Below, piece by piece: positions 29,458 through 41,850 of a DNA stretch of 64,000 nt (position 1 is its first letter; the number at the start of each line of letters is the position of its first letter). Origin of the DNA: Hydrogenophaga sp. (GTDB lineage Bacteria > Pseudomonadota > Gammaproteobacteria > Burkholderiales > Burkholderiaceae_C); contig JAURYH010000051.1 in assembly GCA_030653975.1 (NCBI GenBank), positions 7,811-71,810 of the forward strand. The letters run 5' to 3'. The notes under the pieces were generated by a model. That model saw only the letters and a program-made list of their open reading frames with translations. It was not told the origin of the DNA and ran no database searches. The translations under genes and the position numbers were made by a program.

Positions 29458-30753
29458 TTAGTTATTCTGATTATTCAGTTTTTTGAGTTCGCGCAGCTTA
29501 TCGGCGATGCGAATTTCCAGACCACGCTCGACCGGACGGTAAAAATCAGGCCCGGCCATGCCATCGGGCAGGTAGCGTTCGCCGGCCGCGAAGCCGCCCG
29601 CCTCATCGTGGGCGTACCGGTAGCCTTTTCCGTAGTCCAGCTCCTTCATGAGCTTGGTGGGTGCATTGCGCAGGTGCATGGGCACCGGGCGCGTGCCGTC
29701 CTTCTTCACGAAGGCCTTGGCTTCGTTGAAGGCCTTGTAGACCGCGTTGGACTTGGGCGCCACGGCCAGGTAGACCACACATTCGGCCAGTGCCAGCTCG
29801 CCCTCCGGCGTGCCCAGGCGCTCGTACACCTCGGCGGCGTCCAGCGCCAGCCGCAGCGCGCGCGGATCGGCCAGGCCAATGTCTTCACTGGCCATGCGGA
29901 TGAAGCGGCGCGCCATGTAGCGCGGATCGGCACCACCGTCGAGCATGCGCACGAACCAGTACAGTGCGGCGTCCGGATCGGAGCCGCGCACGCTTTTGTG
30001 CAGCGCGCTGATGGTGTCGTAGAACTGCTCGCCACCTTTGTCGTAGCGGCGCATGCGTTCACCCAGCACACGCATCAGCCAGGCATCCGTCACCTCGGCG
30101 AGTTTCTCGCGCGTGGCCGCCACCGCCAGCGTCTCCAGCGTGTTGAGCAGGCGGCGGGCATCGCCATCGGCGTAGGCGATCAGGCGGTCGGCGGCGGCGG
30201 TTTCAACCGCGGGCACGGCGCCGATGCCCTGCGCCCGCGAGATCAGCTGGCGCAGATCGTCTTCGCCCAGCGGCTGCAGCACGTAGACCGCCGCTCTCGA
30301 CAGCAGCGCCGAGTTGACTTCGAACGAGGGGTTTTCGGTGGTCGCGCCAATGAAAGTGAACAGCCCGCTTTCCACATGCGGCAGAAAGGCGTCCTGCTGG
30401 CTCTTGTTGAAACGGTGCACCTCGTCGACAAACACGATGGTGTGCTGCGCCTGAAGCCCGTCGCGCGCGGCCTGGGCCTGCTCCACCGCCTCCCGGATGT
30501 CTTTCACGCCGCCCAGCACCGCGCTGATGGTGATGAACTGGGCATCAAAGGCATCGGCCATGAGCCTCGCGATGGTGGTTTTGCCCACACCCGGCGGACC
30601 CCAGAGGATGCAGCTGTGTGGCTGGCCCGATTCGAACGCGAGCCGCAATGCCATGCCCTCACCCAGCAGGTGCTGCTGCCCGATCACCTCGGCCAGCGTG
30701 CGCGGACGCAGGCGCTCGGCCAGCGGCGTGTGCGGCGCGGCGTGTGAACTCAA
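29458..30753 (-). CDS. rarA: Replication-associated recombination protein A
   Basis: [22 protein letters not shown] and [11 protein letters not shown]. Confidence 0.95.
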   Translation of the reverse strand: MSSHAAPHTPLAERLRPRTLAEVIGQQHLLGEGMALRLAFESGQPHSCILWGPPGVGKTTIARLMADAFDAQFITISAVLGGVKDIREAVEQAQAARDGLQAQHTIVFVDEVHRFNKSQQDAFLPHVESGLFTFIGATTENPSFEVNSALLSRAAVYVLQPLGEDDLRQLISRAQGIGAVPAVETAAADRLIAYADGDARRLLNTLETLAVAATREKLAEVTDAWLMRVLGERMRRYDKGGEQFYDTISALHKSVRGSDPDAALYWFVRMLDGGADPRYMARRFIRMASEDIGLADPRALRLALDAAEVYERLGTPEGELALAECVVYLAVAPKSNAVYKAFNEAKAFVKKDGTRPVPMHLRNAPTKLMKELDYGKGYRYAHDEAGGFAAGERYLPDGMAGPDFYRPVERGLEIRIADKLRELKKLNNQNN

Positions 30754-30781
30754 AGGCCTGCTTTCAAGGCGGTGTGCACGC

Positions 30782-31432
30782 TCAGGGCCGGATCACATCG
30801 GCGCCGACAGGCGGCTGAAAGCGAAACCGCTCCGCCTTCATCGGCGCGTTGTCCTGCCACTGGTTGAAGGTCAGCACCGAGCGCTGGCCCAGGCTGTCGG
30901 CGATCTCCAGCGCGGCCAGCTGACCGGCACGGAATCCCACACGCACGCTCTGCAACTGCCCGTCCTTGTTGCGCGGGCGGGCCTCCAGCCATTCCAAGCC
31001 CTCTGCGGCGGGCGCCGCCTTGAGCTCAAACACTTCGGACAGGGCACGCAGATCGGTGCCGGCAGCGATCAGGGCCGCGGGGGTGCTGCCCAGCACCTCC
31101 TGCTGCTTGCGCGCCGTCACCTGGTTCAGGTCCACGTCGTACAGCCACAGCGTCTGGCCATCGGCCACGATGGTCTGTTCGAAAGGCTTCGTGTACTCGA
31201 AGCGGAAACGGTTGGGCCGCAGGAATTCGAAGCGCCCGCTCGACGTCTTGCGGCGCGCCACGGTTTCGCCGTTGCGCACCGGCGAGGTCACCACCTGGGT
31301 GAAGCCGGCCTGCGCACTGCCCACCTCGCGCAGGAAGGTTTCGAGGTCTTTCAGGCCGTCGGCCTGTGCGGGCAAGGCAGTGAATGTCAGGGCAGTGACC
31401 GTGGTCAGCGTGGTAAACAATTTTTTGATCAT
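30782..31432 (-). CDS. lolA: Outer-membrane lipoprotein carrier
   Basis: Signal peptide, RPNRFRFEY and IVADGQTLWLYDVDLNQV; syntenic with ftsK and rarA. Confidence 0.93.
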   Translation of the reverse strand: MIKKLFTTLTTVTALTFTALPAQADGLKDLETFLREVGSAQAGFTQVVTSPVRNGETVARRKTSSGRFEFLRPNRFRFEYTKPFEQTIVADGQTLWLYDVDLNQVTARKQQEVLGSTPAALIAAGTDLRALSEVFELKAAPAAEGLEWLEARPRNKDGQLQSVRVGFRAGQLAALEIADSLGQRSVLTFNQWQDNAPMKAERFRFQPPVGADVIRP

Positions 31433-31476
31433 GTGGATTGGGACCCGGCCGCGGCCACAAGGTTCAGGCCCGAACA

Positions 31477-33831
31477 TCATTCACCGCGCGAAGGCACCAG
31501 AATATCGCGTTGACCACTGGAGGTCAGTGCACTGACCATGCCCGCTTTTTCCATGTCTTCCAGCAGACGCGCGGCGCGGTTGTAGCCGATCTTCAGCTTG
31601 CGCTGCACATAGGAGATGCTGGCCTTGCGATCCTTGAGCACGATCTCCACCGCCTGGTCGTACAGCGCGTCTTTTTCGTTGCCGTCGCCACCGCCCTCAC
31701 CGAACATGTCGCCACCCTCACCATCGCTCGCCGGGCTCTCCAGCACGCCGTCGATGTAGTTGGGTTCACCACCCTGCTGCTTCAGATAGGCCACCACGCG
31801 GTGCACCTCTTCGTCGCTCACGAACGCGCCGTGCACCCGCACCGGGAAACCGGTACCGGACGGCATGTAGAGCATGTCGCCCATGCCCAGCAGGCTCTCG
31901 GCGCCCATCTGGTCGAGGATGGTGCGGCTGTCGATCTTGCTGCTGACCTGGAACGACAGGCGGGTAGGAATGTTGGCCTTGATCAGGCCGGTGATCACGT
32001 CCACGCTGGGACGCTGTGTCGCCAGGATCAGGTGGATGCCGGCGGCGCGCGCCTTTTGCGCCAGGCGGGCGATCAGTTCTTCGATCTTCTTGCCCACCAC
32101 CATCATCAGGTCGGCCAGCTCGTCGATCACCACCACGATGTAGGGCAGGCGTTCGAGCGGTTCCGGCTGTTCGGGGGTGAGGCTGAACGGGTTGCCGATG
32201 ATTTCACCACGCGCCTTGGCCTCGTCGATCTTCACGTTGTAGCCCGCGAGGTTGCGCACGCCGAGCTTGCTCATGAGCTTGTAGCGCTTCTCCATCTCGG
32301 CCACGCACCAGTTCAGCCCGTTGGCGGCGTGCTTCATGTCGGTCACCACCGGCGCGAGCAGGTGCGGGATGCCCTCGTAGACGCTCATCTCCAGCATCTT
32401 CGGGTCGATCAGCAACAGGCGCACGTCCTTGGCATCGGCCTTGTAGAGCAGCGACAGGATCATGGCGTTGATGCCGACCGACTTGCCCGAACCGGTGGTA
32501 CCGGCGACCAGGCAGTGCGGCATCTTGGCCAGATCGGCCACGATCGGCTGACCGCCGATGTCCTTGCCCAGCCCCATGGTCAGCAGAGACTTGGCGTCGT
32601 TGTAGACCGGCGAGCCCAGTATCTCGCTGAGCTTGATCATCTGCCGCTTGGCGTTCGGCAGTTCCAGCGCCATCAGGTTCTTGCCCGGAATGGTCTCGAT
32701 CACACGGATCGACACCAGGGACAAGGAACGCGCCAGGTCGCGCCCCAGGTTCACGATCTGCGAGCCCTTGACCCCCGTGGCCGGTTCGATTTCGTAACGG
32801 GTGATCACCGGACCGGGTGCTGCGGCCACCACGCGCACGTCGACGCCAAAGTCCTTGAGCTTCTTCTCGATCAGGCGGCTGGTCATCTCCAGCGTCTGGC
32901 TGTCCACGCCCTGCTGGTGCGCCGGCGCGCTGTCGAGCAGATCCACCTGCGGCAGCTTGCTGTCGGGCATCTCGACGAACAAGGGCTTCTGGCGTTCCTT
33001 GGCCACACGCTCGCTCTTGGGCACATCCACCAGTGTGGGCTCGATCAATACCGGGGTGGGGTGGTGCTCTTCGCTCTCGACGCGCTCGACCTTGACCACT
33101 TCTTCGCGCGCTCGCGCTGCCATCTCCCCGATGCGCTGGTCTTCGACCGCCTCGCGTTTTTCGCGACGCGATTCGAACCAGTTGTCCAGCCAGGCGCCCA
33201 GGTGTTCGGCCCATTGGCCCCAGGAAAACCGGAACACCCTGGGCAGGCAGATCACGAGCAGCGCCAGCATGGCCAGCGCCGAACCGGTGAAACCCAGCCA
33301 GCGCACCGCAACGGGTCCGAGCGCATGCCCCAGCACACCCCCCGCGGTTCCCGGCAGGTGCGGCTCCAGCCGGTACAGGCGACTCCATTCCAGCACCCCA
33401 CTGGCGCTCAGCAACACCAGCAACGCCAGCACATAGGCAAGACGACGCGCCCAAGGGGTTTGCCACCAGCGCTCAGTCCCATGCGCATCCCGCGAGACGG
33501 CCTGGGGTTGCTGGCCACGCAACCGACCGGCCAACGCCGACAGCCAGGCTCGCAAACCGGCGAAAAAACACCACCAGACCGACCAGCCCAACAGGTAATA
33601 GCTCGCATCGGCCAGCAGCGCGCCCAGATGACCGCCCCAGTTGCCCACTTCGGCCCGAGACCCGGTCGTGCTCCAGGCCGGATCCGCCAGCGAATGGCTG
33701 AGCAACGCGAGGAGCCAGAAGGCCAGGGCTGCAGCACCCACCACCAGCCCAATCTCCTGCGTGAAACGGGCCACACCACCAGGCGTGGCTTGAGCCCGGT
33801 CGGCATTCAGTGTATTGAGTGAATAAGTCAT
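31477..33831 (-). CDS. ftsK: DNA translocase FtsK
   Basis: N-terminal TM segments, [17 protein letters not shown] and ATQRPSVDV; gamma domain [19 protein letters not shown]. Confidence 0.97.
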   Translation of the reverse strand: MTYSLNTLNADRAQATPGGVARFTQEIGLVVGAAALAFWLLALLSHSLADPAWSTTGSRAEVGNWGGHLGALLADASYYLLGWSVWWCFFAGLRAWLSALAGRLRGQQPQAVSRDAHGTERWWQTPWARRLAYVLALLVLLSASGVLEWSRLYRLEPHLPGTAGGVLGHALGPVAVRWLGFTGSALAMLALLVICLPRVFRFSWGQWAEHLGAWLDNWFESRREKREAVEDQRIGEMAARAREEVVKVERVESEEHHPTPVLIEPTLVDVPKSERVAKERQKPLFVEMPDSKLPQVDLLDSAPAHQQGVDSQTLEMTSRLIEKKLKDFGVDVRVVAAAPGPVITRYEIEPATGVKGSQIVNLGRDLARSLSLVSIRVIETIPGKNLMALELPNAKRQMIKLSEILGSPVYNDAKSLLTMGLGKDIGGQPIVADLAKMPHCLVAGTTGSGKSVGINAMILSLLYKADAKDVRLLLIDPKMLEMSVYEGIPHLLAPVVTDMKHAANGLNWCVAEMEKRYKLMSKLGVRNLAGYNVKIDEAKARGEIIGNPFSLTPEQPEPLERLPYIVVVIDELADLMMVVGKKIEELIARLAQKARAAGIHLILATQRPSVDVITGLIKANIPTRLSFQVSSKIDSRTILDQMGAESLLGMGDMLYMPSGTGFPVRVHGAFVSDEEVHRVVAYLKQQGGEPNYIDGVLESPASDGEGGDMFGEGGGDGNEKDALYDQAVEIVLKDRKASISYVQRKLKIGYNRAARLLEDMEKAGMVSALTSSGQRDILVPSRGE

Positions 33832-33961
33832 GGTCCTTGCTGCGGTTCGGCAACAAGCTTACCCCAAGGCCACCCGGGCCAGGAGCCGGTAAACCGGTAA
33901 CAGGTGCAGCGATTGACCGGGAGAATCCGGGGTCGCGCCCTGCGCAGCCCAGGCAGGCGCT

Positions 33962-34636
33962 TCAGCCCAACGTGTTGAGCCGTTCCTTGACCACGGTGGT
34001 GCCGTCTTCGCCCACCTCGATGAAGCCCCGGTCTTCCAGGTCTTTCATGACCCGGCTGACCATTTCTCGCGATGCGCCGATCATCTTGGCCACATCCTGG
34101 CGGGACACCCGTTCCCGAATCACCAGTTGCCCGTCCTTGTCGGGTCGCGCGAACTCCAGCAAGGCCCGAGCCACGCGGCCGTAAACGTCCATCAACGCCA
34201 GCGACTCGATCTTGCGGTCGGCATACCGCAGGCGCTGCACCAATCCCTTCATCACCGCATAGGCCATGGAGGTGTTTTCGGGCAGGCAACGGGCGAATTC
34301 AGGACGCCCCAGGATCAACACATCGGTCTGCACCTCGGCACGGACCGTGGCCGAATGCGGCTGGTTGTCGATCAGGCTCATCTCGCCCACATAGTCGCCC
34401 GGGTTCATGGTGGCCAGGATGACCTCCCGGCCACGCACATCGGTGGTCACCACACGGGCGCGCCCCGTCAGCACGATGGCCAGAAAATTGGACTTCTTGC
34501 CCTGTTCAACGATGCACTCGCCGCGCTTGAAACGCCGTTTGATGACCGCATCTGCAACAGACTCGGCCTGCGCCTGCGTCAGCGTGGAAAACAGCGGGAC
34601 CCGGCGAATCAAATCCAGATTGGACAGGATGGACAT
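33962..34636 (-). CDS. Crp/Fnr-family regulator
   Basis: cNMP-binding fold (GEMSLID..PHSATV) and HTH (RQDVAKMIGASREMVSRV). Confidence 0.92.
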   Translation of the reverse strand: MSILSNLDLIRRVPLFSTLTQAQAESVADAVIKRRFKRGECIVEQGKKSNFLAIVLTGRARVVTTDVRGREVILATMNPGDYVGEMSLIDNQPHSATVRAEVQTDVLILGRPEFARCLPENTSMAYAVMKGLVQRLRYADRKIESLALMDVYGRVARALLEFARPDKDGQLVIRERVSRQDVAKMIGASREMVSRVMKDLEDRGFIEVGEDGTTVVKERLNTLG

Positions 34637-34760
34637 GCGTATATACCTCTGGTCAGGCTGCGGATGCAGCGCTCTTCCCTACAATGCTTCGAAAGACCGG
34701 ACGCCCGCATGGCGAAAGACGCCAAGGCCCCAAAAGCATCGCCATGACTTTCAACTCTAA

Positions 34761-35738
<978 letters not shown>

Positions 35739-36049
35739 CCGCCCCCCCGCCGCGCTGCGCGCGCCCCCCCCCTCCTCTGGCGCCTTCGGCTGGGGAGGTG
35801 GGCGGCACCTGCGGCCTGGCAAAGCCAGTTCCGCGGTGCCTCCCACCAGGGACATTGCCCACCGCCGGTGTAGCCGCTGGTCAGCCCCGTTGGCAAACGC
35901 TGACACAATTTGCATATAATGGCAGGCTTTGCTGCAAACAGCCTGCTGGCTGTGCGGTGCAAATTCAGGGTTACCGCCACCCTATTTTCTGGCGAGGTGA
36001 GGCTCCCACCGCTCGGGTGGTTGCCGTTTGAAAAGATCGGAGTGTCCTC

Positions 36050-36283
36050 ATGGCACGCGTCTGCGACGTCACGGGCAAGAAGCCCATGGTCGGGAACAAT
36101 GTTTCCCACGCCAACAACAAAACCAAGCGCCGGTTCCTGCCGAACCTGCAATACCGCCGTTTCTGGGTCGAAAGCGAAAACCGCTGGATTCGCCTGCGCG
36201 TGTCGGGTGCTGCCCTGCGCCTGATCGACAAAAACGGCATCGACGCCGTGCTCGCAGACCTGCGTGCACGCGGCCAAGCTTAA
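36050..36283 (+). CDS. rpmB: 50S ribosomal protein L28
   Basis: [33 protein letters not shown]. Confidence 0.99.
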   Translation: MARVCDVTGKKPMVGNNVSHANNKTKRRFLPNLQYRRFWVESENRWIRLRVSGAALRLIDKNGIDAVLADLRARGQA

Positions 36284-36295
36284 GGAGCACGCACC

Positions 36296-36466
36296 ATGGC
36301 AACCAAAGGCGGACGCGAAAAGATCAAGCTGGAATCCACTGCGGGTACCGGCCACTTCTACACCACGACCAAGAACAAGAAGACCACGCCCGAGAAGATG
36401 CTGATCAAGAAATTTGATCCCAAAGCTCGCAAGCACGTGGACTACAAGGAAATCAAGCTGAAGTGA
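36296..36466 (+). CDS. rpmG: 50S ribosomal protein L33 (not in the ORF track)
   Basis: Translated by hand: [56 protein letters not shown]; AGGAG RBS. Confidence 0.98.
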   Translation: MATKGGREKIKLESTAGTGHFYTTTKNKKTTPEKMLIKKFDPKARKHVDYKEIKLK

Positions 36467-36477
36467 TTCAGCAGGTT

Positions 36478-36523
36478 CCCCCAACAAAAAAGCCGCTGTG
36501 AAAACAGCGGCTTTTTTGTTGGG
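36478..36523. terminator. Bidirectional intrinsic terminator
   Basis: CCCCAACAAAAA-GCCGCTG-TGAAAA-CAGCGGC-TTTTTTGTTGGG. Confidence 0.88.
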
Positions 36524-36563
36524 GAAAAAACAATCTCAAGCGTGTCCGGAGCGCAGTGTCAAA

Positions 36564-36643
36564 CCCGGAACGCCGCGGAACCGGCTCCGCCGGGCCGCCA
36601 GCGTTGCCCCCTTGAGGGGGTCGCGCGCAGCGCGGCGGGGGTG
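36564..36643 (-). repeat. Structured intergenic repeat, family A
   Basis: Minus strand CCCCC-TCAA-GGGGG + AACGCT-GGCGG-CCCGGC-GGA-GCCGG-TTCCGC-GGCGTT. Confidence 0.8.
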
Positions 36644-36651
36644 GGCCAAGC

Positions 36652-37878
36652 CTAGGCGTGTGCGGAGCGCAGGCGAATCGAGAAGTCGCGCAGCGCAGCA
36701 ATGCCGCTTTCTTCGGCGCGCCGGCACCAGGCCTGCAGGTCGCTGGCCAGTTGCTCACGGGTCGCGTTCGTGCTGGACCACAGGGCGCGCAGTTCTTCGC
36801 GCATCGTGACCATCTTGTCGAGCACCGGGTGTTCCGCCCGGACCAGGGCCAGTTGCGGCTTCACGTCCGCTGGCACTTTGTCGTCGTCGCGGTGCAGCCA
36901 GCGGCGGGCCGCATCCAGCATCGAAGCGTCGGCGCTGCGGGCCTTCAGGCCTTCGACTTCACGCTGGCAGGCGGCACGCATCTCGCGCGCGTAACCCGCC
37001 ATCACTTCGTAGCGGTTGGCGATGATCGCCTCCAGCGTTTTTTCGTCGGCCACCGGCTTCACGTCACCGAATGCCATCTTGGGTGGCAACTTCTTCACGG
37101 TGGCCAGACCCACCGACCTCAGCATGGTGATGTACATCCAGCCGATGTCGAACTCGTAGGGCTTGACCGACAGCTTGGCCGACGTCGGGTAGGTGTGGTG
37201 GTTGTTGTGCAACTCTTCGCCACCGATGAGGATGCCCCAGGGCGACACGTTGGTGCTGGCGTCGGCCGCCTCGAAGTTGCGGTAACCCCACCAGTGGCCG
37301 ATGCCGTTGATGATGCCGGCGGCCGTGATCGGGATCCACATCATCTGCAACGCCCAGACCGACACCCCCAGCACACCGAACAGTGCGACGTTGATGATCA
37401 GCATGAGGCTCACACCCAGTCGCGAGCGACCGGTGTAGAGGTGCCGTTCCACCCAGTCGTCGGGCGTGTTGTGACCATATCGGTCCAGCGTTTCCTGGTT
37501 CTTGGCTTCTGCACGGTAGAGCTCACTGCCCTCGAAGAACACCTTCTTGATGCCAAACACCACCGGGCTGTGCGGGTCACCTTCGCGCTCGCATTTGGCG
37601 TGGTGCTTGCGGTGGATCGCCGTCCACTCCTTGGTCACCATGCCGGTGGTCATCCAGAGCCAGAAGCGGAAGAAGTGCGCCGGAATGGGGTGCAGGTCCA
37701 GCGACCGATGCGCCGAGTGGCGGTGCAGAAAGATCGTGACGCTGGCGATGGTGATGTGGGTGAACACCAAAGCGACCAGCAGCACCTGCCACCAGGCCGC
37801 ACCGGTCAGGCCATGGGCCAGGAACTGGATCAGGCCATCCCACAAACCGGCAAAAAACTCGAAATCAGAAGCAATCAT
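36652..37878 (-). CDS. Fatty acid (acyl-CoA) desaturase with C-terminal extension
   Basis: His boxes HRHSAH, HRKHH and HNNHH; TM segments. Confidence 0.9.
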   Translation of the reverse strand: MIASDFEFFAGLWDGLIQFLAHGLTGAAWWQVLLVALVFTHITIASVTIFLHRHSAHRSLDLHPIPAHFFRFWLWMTTGMVTKEWTAIHRKHHAKCEREGDPHSPVVFGIKKVFFEGSELYRAEAKNQETLDRYGHNTPDDWVERHLYTGRSRLGVSLMLIINVALFGVLGVSVWALQMMWIPITAAGIINGIGHWWGYRNFEAADASTNVSPWGILIGGEELHNNHHTYPTSAKLSVKPYEFDIGWMYITMLRSVGLATVKKLPPKMAFGDVKPVADEKTLEAIIANRYEVMAGYAREMRAACQREVEGLKARSADASMLDAARRWLHRDDDKVPADVKPQLALVRAEHPVLDKMVTMREELRALWSSTNATREQLASDLQAWCRRAEESGIAALRDFSIRLRSAHA

Positions 37879-38045
37879 CAAGGTCCTATTCAACCGCCCA
37901 CGAAGGCGTCAGGCTGCGAACCACTCCCGTTCAGGACAAGGAGCGAAGCAATCTGTGATTTTAAAGCCGGGGGTGTCCATCAACAATCTCTGGGCAGCGC
38001 CCCGTGGGGGAACGGCTCAGGCGAAATAGCTCATTTATCGGTCTT

Positions 38046-39314
38046 TCAGACCTTTTTCCGCCAGACGGCAGCAAAAAAGCCGTCCGTTGCATGCCGATGC
38101 GGCCACAAACGCAGCCATTGCCCGTCCTCGCCCTGGCACAGGCTGCCTGCCTGAGGCACCTGAGCAAGGGTCAGCAGGTCTGCCACCGGCACGGGCTCAA
38201 AGTCCTTGTGCGCCTCTGAAAAGGCCGCAGCCACCGCTTCGTTCTCCGCCGGCAACAGGCTGCAGGTGGCGTACACCAGCCGGCCACCCGGCTTGAGCAG
38301 GCGCGCAGCGCTGTGCAGGATGGCCTGCTGCAGCTCGGCCTGGGCGGCGACCGTTTGCGGCGTCTGGCGCCACTTCAGGTCGGGGCTGCGGCGCAGCGTG
38401 CCCAGCCCGGAACAGGGCGCATCGACCAGCACGCGATCAATCTTGCCGGCCAGGCGTTTGATGCGGTCGTCGCGTTCGTGGGCAATCGCCACCGGATGCA
38501 CGTTGGACAAACCGCTGCGCGCCAGCCTTGGCTTGAGCGCATCGAGGCGGTGCCCAGAGGTGTCGAAGGCGTAGAGCCGGCCGCTGTTGCGCATGGCCGC
38601 GCCGATGGCCAGCGTCTTGCCACCGGCACCGGCACAGAAGTCCACCACCATCTCGCCACGTTTGGCGTCCAGCAGCAGCGCCAGCAGTTGCGAACCTTCG
38701 TCCTGCACCTCCACGTCGCCCTGCACAAACGCCGGCAGTTTGGCCAGCGATGGCTTGCCCTGCAGGCGGATGCCCAGCGGCGAATACGGCGTGGGCTCAC
38801 AGCTCAGGCCGGCCTGGCGCAGCTCGGCCAGAACCACTTCGCGCTTTTTCTTCCATATGTTGACGCGCAGATCCAGCGCGGCGGGCTGGTTCAGGCTGGC
38901 CACCAGCGCGTCGAACTGATCGCCCACCTGATCGCGCAGGGCGGTCGCCAGCCACTCGGGCAGGTTGTGCCGGTGCGGGGCCAGGAGCTCGTCGTCGGTC
39001 ACTTTCAGGCAGTTGTCCCACCAGGTTTTTTCCACCTCGGTGAGCGCACTCTTGAGAAAGTCGCGGTCGCCGGGAAAACCCAGAATGGCCAGGCGCCGCC
39101 ACTTGGAGCCGGTGCCCGAGCGGGCCAGCCATTCGAACTTCAGACGTTCGCGCAGGATGGCGTAGACGGTGTCGGACAACGTGGCCCGCTCGCGCGGGCC
39201 GAGCGAGCGGTTCTCACGAAAATGGCGCGAGACCACCGCGTCGGTGGGGTGGTCGAACTTGAAAACCTGTTCGATCAGGGTGGAACATTCGTCCAGGAGG
39301 GCTTTGGGGTGCAT
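38046..39314 (-). CDS. RsmB/NOP family RNA m5C methyltransferase
   Basis: VQDEGSQ, DFCAGAGGK, VDAPCSG and YATCS. ATG at 39314; the longer ORF-track call includes antisense-prfC sequence. Confidence 0.92.
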   Translation of the reverse strand: MHPKALLDECSTLIEQVFKFDHPTDAVVSRHFRENRSLGPRERATLSDTVYAILRERLKFEWLARSGTGSKWRRLAILGFPGDRDFLKSALTEVEKTWWDNCLKVTDDELLAPHRHNLPEWLATALRDQVGDQFDALVASLNQPAALDLRVNIWKKKREVVLAELRQAGLSCEPTPYSPLGIRLQGKPSLAKLPAFVQGDVEVQDEGSQLLALLLDAKRGEMVVDFCAGAGGKTLAIGAAMRNSGRLYAFDTSGHRLDALKPRLARSGLSNVHPVAIAHERDDRIKRLAGKIDRVLVDAPCSGLGTLRRSPDLKWRQTPQTVAAQAELQQAILHSAARLLKPGGRLVYATCSLLPAENEAVAAAFSEAHKDFEPVPVADLLTLAQVPQAGSLCQGEDGQWLRLWPHRHATDGFFAAVWRKKV

Positions 39315-39325
39315 GTTCGTATTGT

Positions 39326-39401
39326 CCCCCCTGCGCCGCTGCGCGGCTTCCCCCCAAGGGGGACGATGCCAGTGGCCCGGCAAAGCCGGTTCCACGGCAT
39401 C
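39326..39401 (+). repeat. Structured intergenic repeat, family A
   Basis: CCCCC-AA-GGGGG + GATGCC-AGTGG-CCCGGC-AAA-GCCGG-TTCCAC-GGCATC. Confidence 0.8.
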
Positions 39402-39476
39402 TCTGGGTTGGGTACCTCGCGCGCAGGTCACTTGTTTGGCGTTTCGGTATCGCGCGGCACGGGATAATGCAAGGCT

Positions 39477-41096
39477 ATGTCCGAAATTTCCAATCAGGTG
39501 AAGCGTCGCCGCACCTTCGCCATCATCTCCCACCCCGACGCGGGTAAAACCACCCTGACCGAGAAGCTGCTGCTGTTCTCGGGCGCCATCAACATCGCCG
39601 GCTCGGTGAAGGCCCGCAAGGCCGCGCGCCACGCCACGTCCGACTGGATGGAGATTGAGAAACAGCGTGGCATCTCGGTGGCCAGCTCGGTCATGCAGAT
39701 GGAATACCGCGACTGCGTGATCAACCTGCTCGACACCCCGGGCCACCAGGATTTCAGCGAAGACACCTACCGCGTGCTGACCGCCGTGGACGCGGCGCTG
39801 ATGGTGATCGATGCCGGCAACGGTGTGGAACCGCAGACCCGGCGCCTGCTGCAGGTCTGCCGCGCGCGCAACACGCCCATCCTCACCTTCGTCAACAAGA
39901 TGGACCGCGAGGTGCAGGCCCCGCTGGACCTGATGGACGAGATCGAACGCGAACTCGGCATGACCGTCGTGCCGTTCACCTGGCCGGTGGGCATGGGCAA
40001 GACCTTCCGCGGCGTGTACGACCGCCGCACCGACCAGATGCGCGTGTTCGCCGCGGGTGAGGACCGCCGCGGCGGCGATGAAGACGTGCTCGCTGGCCTG
40101 GACAACCCCGAGAGCCTGAAGCGCTTCGGCGCGGAGTTCGAGCAGGCCAAAGGCGAGCTGGAGCTGGTCGAAGGTGCTTCGCCCGCGTTCGACGAGGCGC
40201 AGTTTCTGGCCGGCAAGCAGACGCCCATGCTGTTTGGCTCCGCCGTCAACAACTTCGGCGTGCGCGAGGTGCTGGACGCGCTGGTGGACCTGGCACCGCC
40301 CCCGGGCGACCGCCCTGCCATCCAGCGCGTGGTGCACCCCGAAGAGCCGAAGTTCACCGGTGTGGTGTTCAAGATCCAGGCCAACATGGACCCGGCGCAC
40401 CGCGACCGCATCGCCTTCGTGCGCGTGGCCAGCGGCCACTTCGAACGCGGCATGAAACTCCGGGTGGTGCGCAGCGGCAAGGACCTGCGGCCCAACACCG
40501 TGGTGAGCTTCTTGTCGCAACGGCGTGAGCTGCTGGACGAGGCTTTTGCTGGCGACATCATCGGCATCCCGAACCACGGCGTGCTGCAGCTCGGCGACAC
40601 GCTCACCGAGGGCGAGAGCCTGCAGTTCACCGGCCTGCCCTTCTTCGCACCCGAAATCATCCGCAGCGTGGAAGTCGCCGACCCGCTGCGCAGCAAGCAG
40701 CTGCGCGCCGGCCTGACCCAGTTGGGCGAAGAAGGTGCGATCCAGGTGTTCCGCCCGGTGGCGGGCAGCGTGCTGCTGCTGGGCGCCGTGGGCCAACTGC
40801 AGTTTGAAGTGGTGGCGCACCGGCTGGAACACGAATACGGCGTCAAGGCCCGCATCATGAACAGCCCGTATCAGGTGGCACGCTGGGTGACCTGCGCGCC
40901 GGAAGACGGTGGCGAAGTCGAACTCAAGAAGTTCATCGACGCCAACAGCCACCGCGTGGCGCTGGACGCGGTGGACGCGCCGACGCTGCTGGTCGACCAC
41001 CAGGCCACACTGCGCGCGGTGGAGGCCAACTGGCCGAAGATCAAGTTCCACGCGATGCGCGAGCACGCGGGGCTGGTGTTTCACCGGTCTATGTAA
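39477..41096 (+). CDS. prfC: Peptide chain release factor 3
   Basis: RRRTFAIISHPDAGKTT, DTPGHQDF and NKMDR. Confidence 0.98.
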   Translation: MSEISNQVKRRRTFAIISHPDAGKTTLTEKLLLFSGAINIAGSVKARKAARHATSDWMEIEKQRGISVASSVMQMEYRDCVINLLDTPGHQDFSEDTYRVLTAVDAALMVIDAGNGVEPQTRRLLQVCRARNTPILTFVNKMDREVQAPLDLMDEIERELGMTVVPFTWPVGMGKTFRGVYDRRTDQMRVFAAGEDRRGGDEDVLAGLDNPESLKRFGAEFEQAKGELELVEGASPAFDEAQFLAGKQTPMLFGSAVNNFGVREVLDALVDLAPPPGDRPAIQRVVHPEEPKFTGVVFKIQANMDPAHRDRIAFVRVASGHFERGMKLRVVRSGKDLRPNTVVSFLSQRRELLDEAFAGDIIGIPNHGVLQLGDTLTEGESLQFTGLPFFAPEIIRSVEVADPLRSKQLRAGLTQLGEEGAIQVFRPVAGSVLLLGAVGQLQFEVVAHRLEHEYGVKARIMNSPYQVARWVTCAPEDGGEVELKKFIDANSHRVALDAVDAPTLLVDHQATLRAVEANWPKIKFHAMREHAGLVFHRSM

Positions 41097-41119
41097 CCCC
41101 CGCGCAGAGATAGTGCCCA

Positions 41120-41203
41120 CCCCCGCGCCGCGCCTGCGGCGCGTCACCCCCTCAAGGGGGCAACGCGAGCGGCCCGGCAAAGCCGGTTCCGCCGCGTTCT
41201 GGG
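41120..41203 (+). repeat. Structured intergenic repeat, family A
   Basis: CCCCC-TCAA-GGGGG + AACGCG-AGCGG-CCCGGC-AAA-GCCGG-TTCCGC-CGCGTT. Confidence 0.8.
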
Positions 41204-41239
41204 CTGACTGCCCTTCGTTGATCAGCGGGTCTGGCTGTT

Positions 41240-41836
41240 TCAGACCATCTGTGTCAGCAGGCGCTCTACCGCACGCGGATACATGATGTGCTCCTGCGTC
41301 AGCACACGCTCGGCCAGCGTTTGCGCGGTGTCGCCCGGCAGCACGGGCACCACGGCCTGATCGAGGATCTCGCCGTGGTCGAGTTCGGTTGTCACGCGGT
41401 GCACGGTGGCACCGGTGAACTTGCAGCCCATGTCGAGGGCGCGCTGGTGGGTGTTCAGACCCGTAAACGCGGGCAGCAGGCTGGGGTGGATGTTGATCAG
41501 CCGTCCTTCGTAGTGAGCCACAAACCCAGGCGTGAGGATGCGCATGAAGCCGGCCAGCACGACGAGCACAGGATCGTGCTGGTCGATCTCGGTCATGAGG
41601 GCCGCGTCAAAGTCGTCCCGCGATGCATAGGCCTTGTGATCAAGCACGGCGGTGGAGATCTGGTGTTGGCGCGCGAATTCGAGGCCCGCGGCCCCGGCCT
41701 TGTTGCTGATGACGGCCGCCACGCGAACGCCGTACCGGGCACCCCAATGACGCCGCTCGGCGGCCTTGACGATGGCGGCCATGTTGGAGCCGCTGCCTGA
41801 GATCAGAATGACGATGTTTTTATGAACGGCTGACAT
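41240..41836 (-). CDS. purN: Phosphoribosylglycinamide formyltransferase
   Basis: [17 protein letters not shown] and [10 protein letters not shown]. Confidence 0.96.
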   Translation of the reverse strand: MSAVHKNIVILISGSGSNMAAIVKAAERRHWGARYGVRVAAVISNKAGAAGLEFARQHQISTAVLDHKAYASRDDFDAALMTEIDQHDPVLVVLAGFMRILTPGFVAHYEGRLINIHPSLLPAFTGLNTHQRALDMGCKFTGATVHRVTTELDHGEILDQAVVPVLPGDTAQTLAERVLTQEHIMYPRAVERLLTQMV

Positions 41837-41850
41837 GGCCACGAAGTGTA

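Noticed and set aside
30750-30992. 80-aa ORF between lolA and rarA
   Set aside because: Overlaps lolA in another frame and has no recognisable motif.
38046-41180. 1044-aa minus-strand ORF
   Set aside because: The first ~620 aa are antisense to prfC; only the part from ATG 39314 has RsmB motifs.
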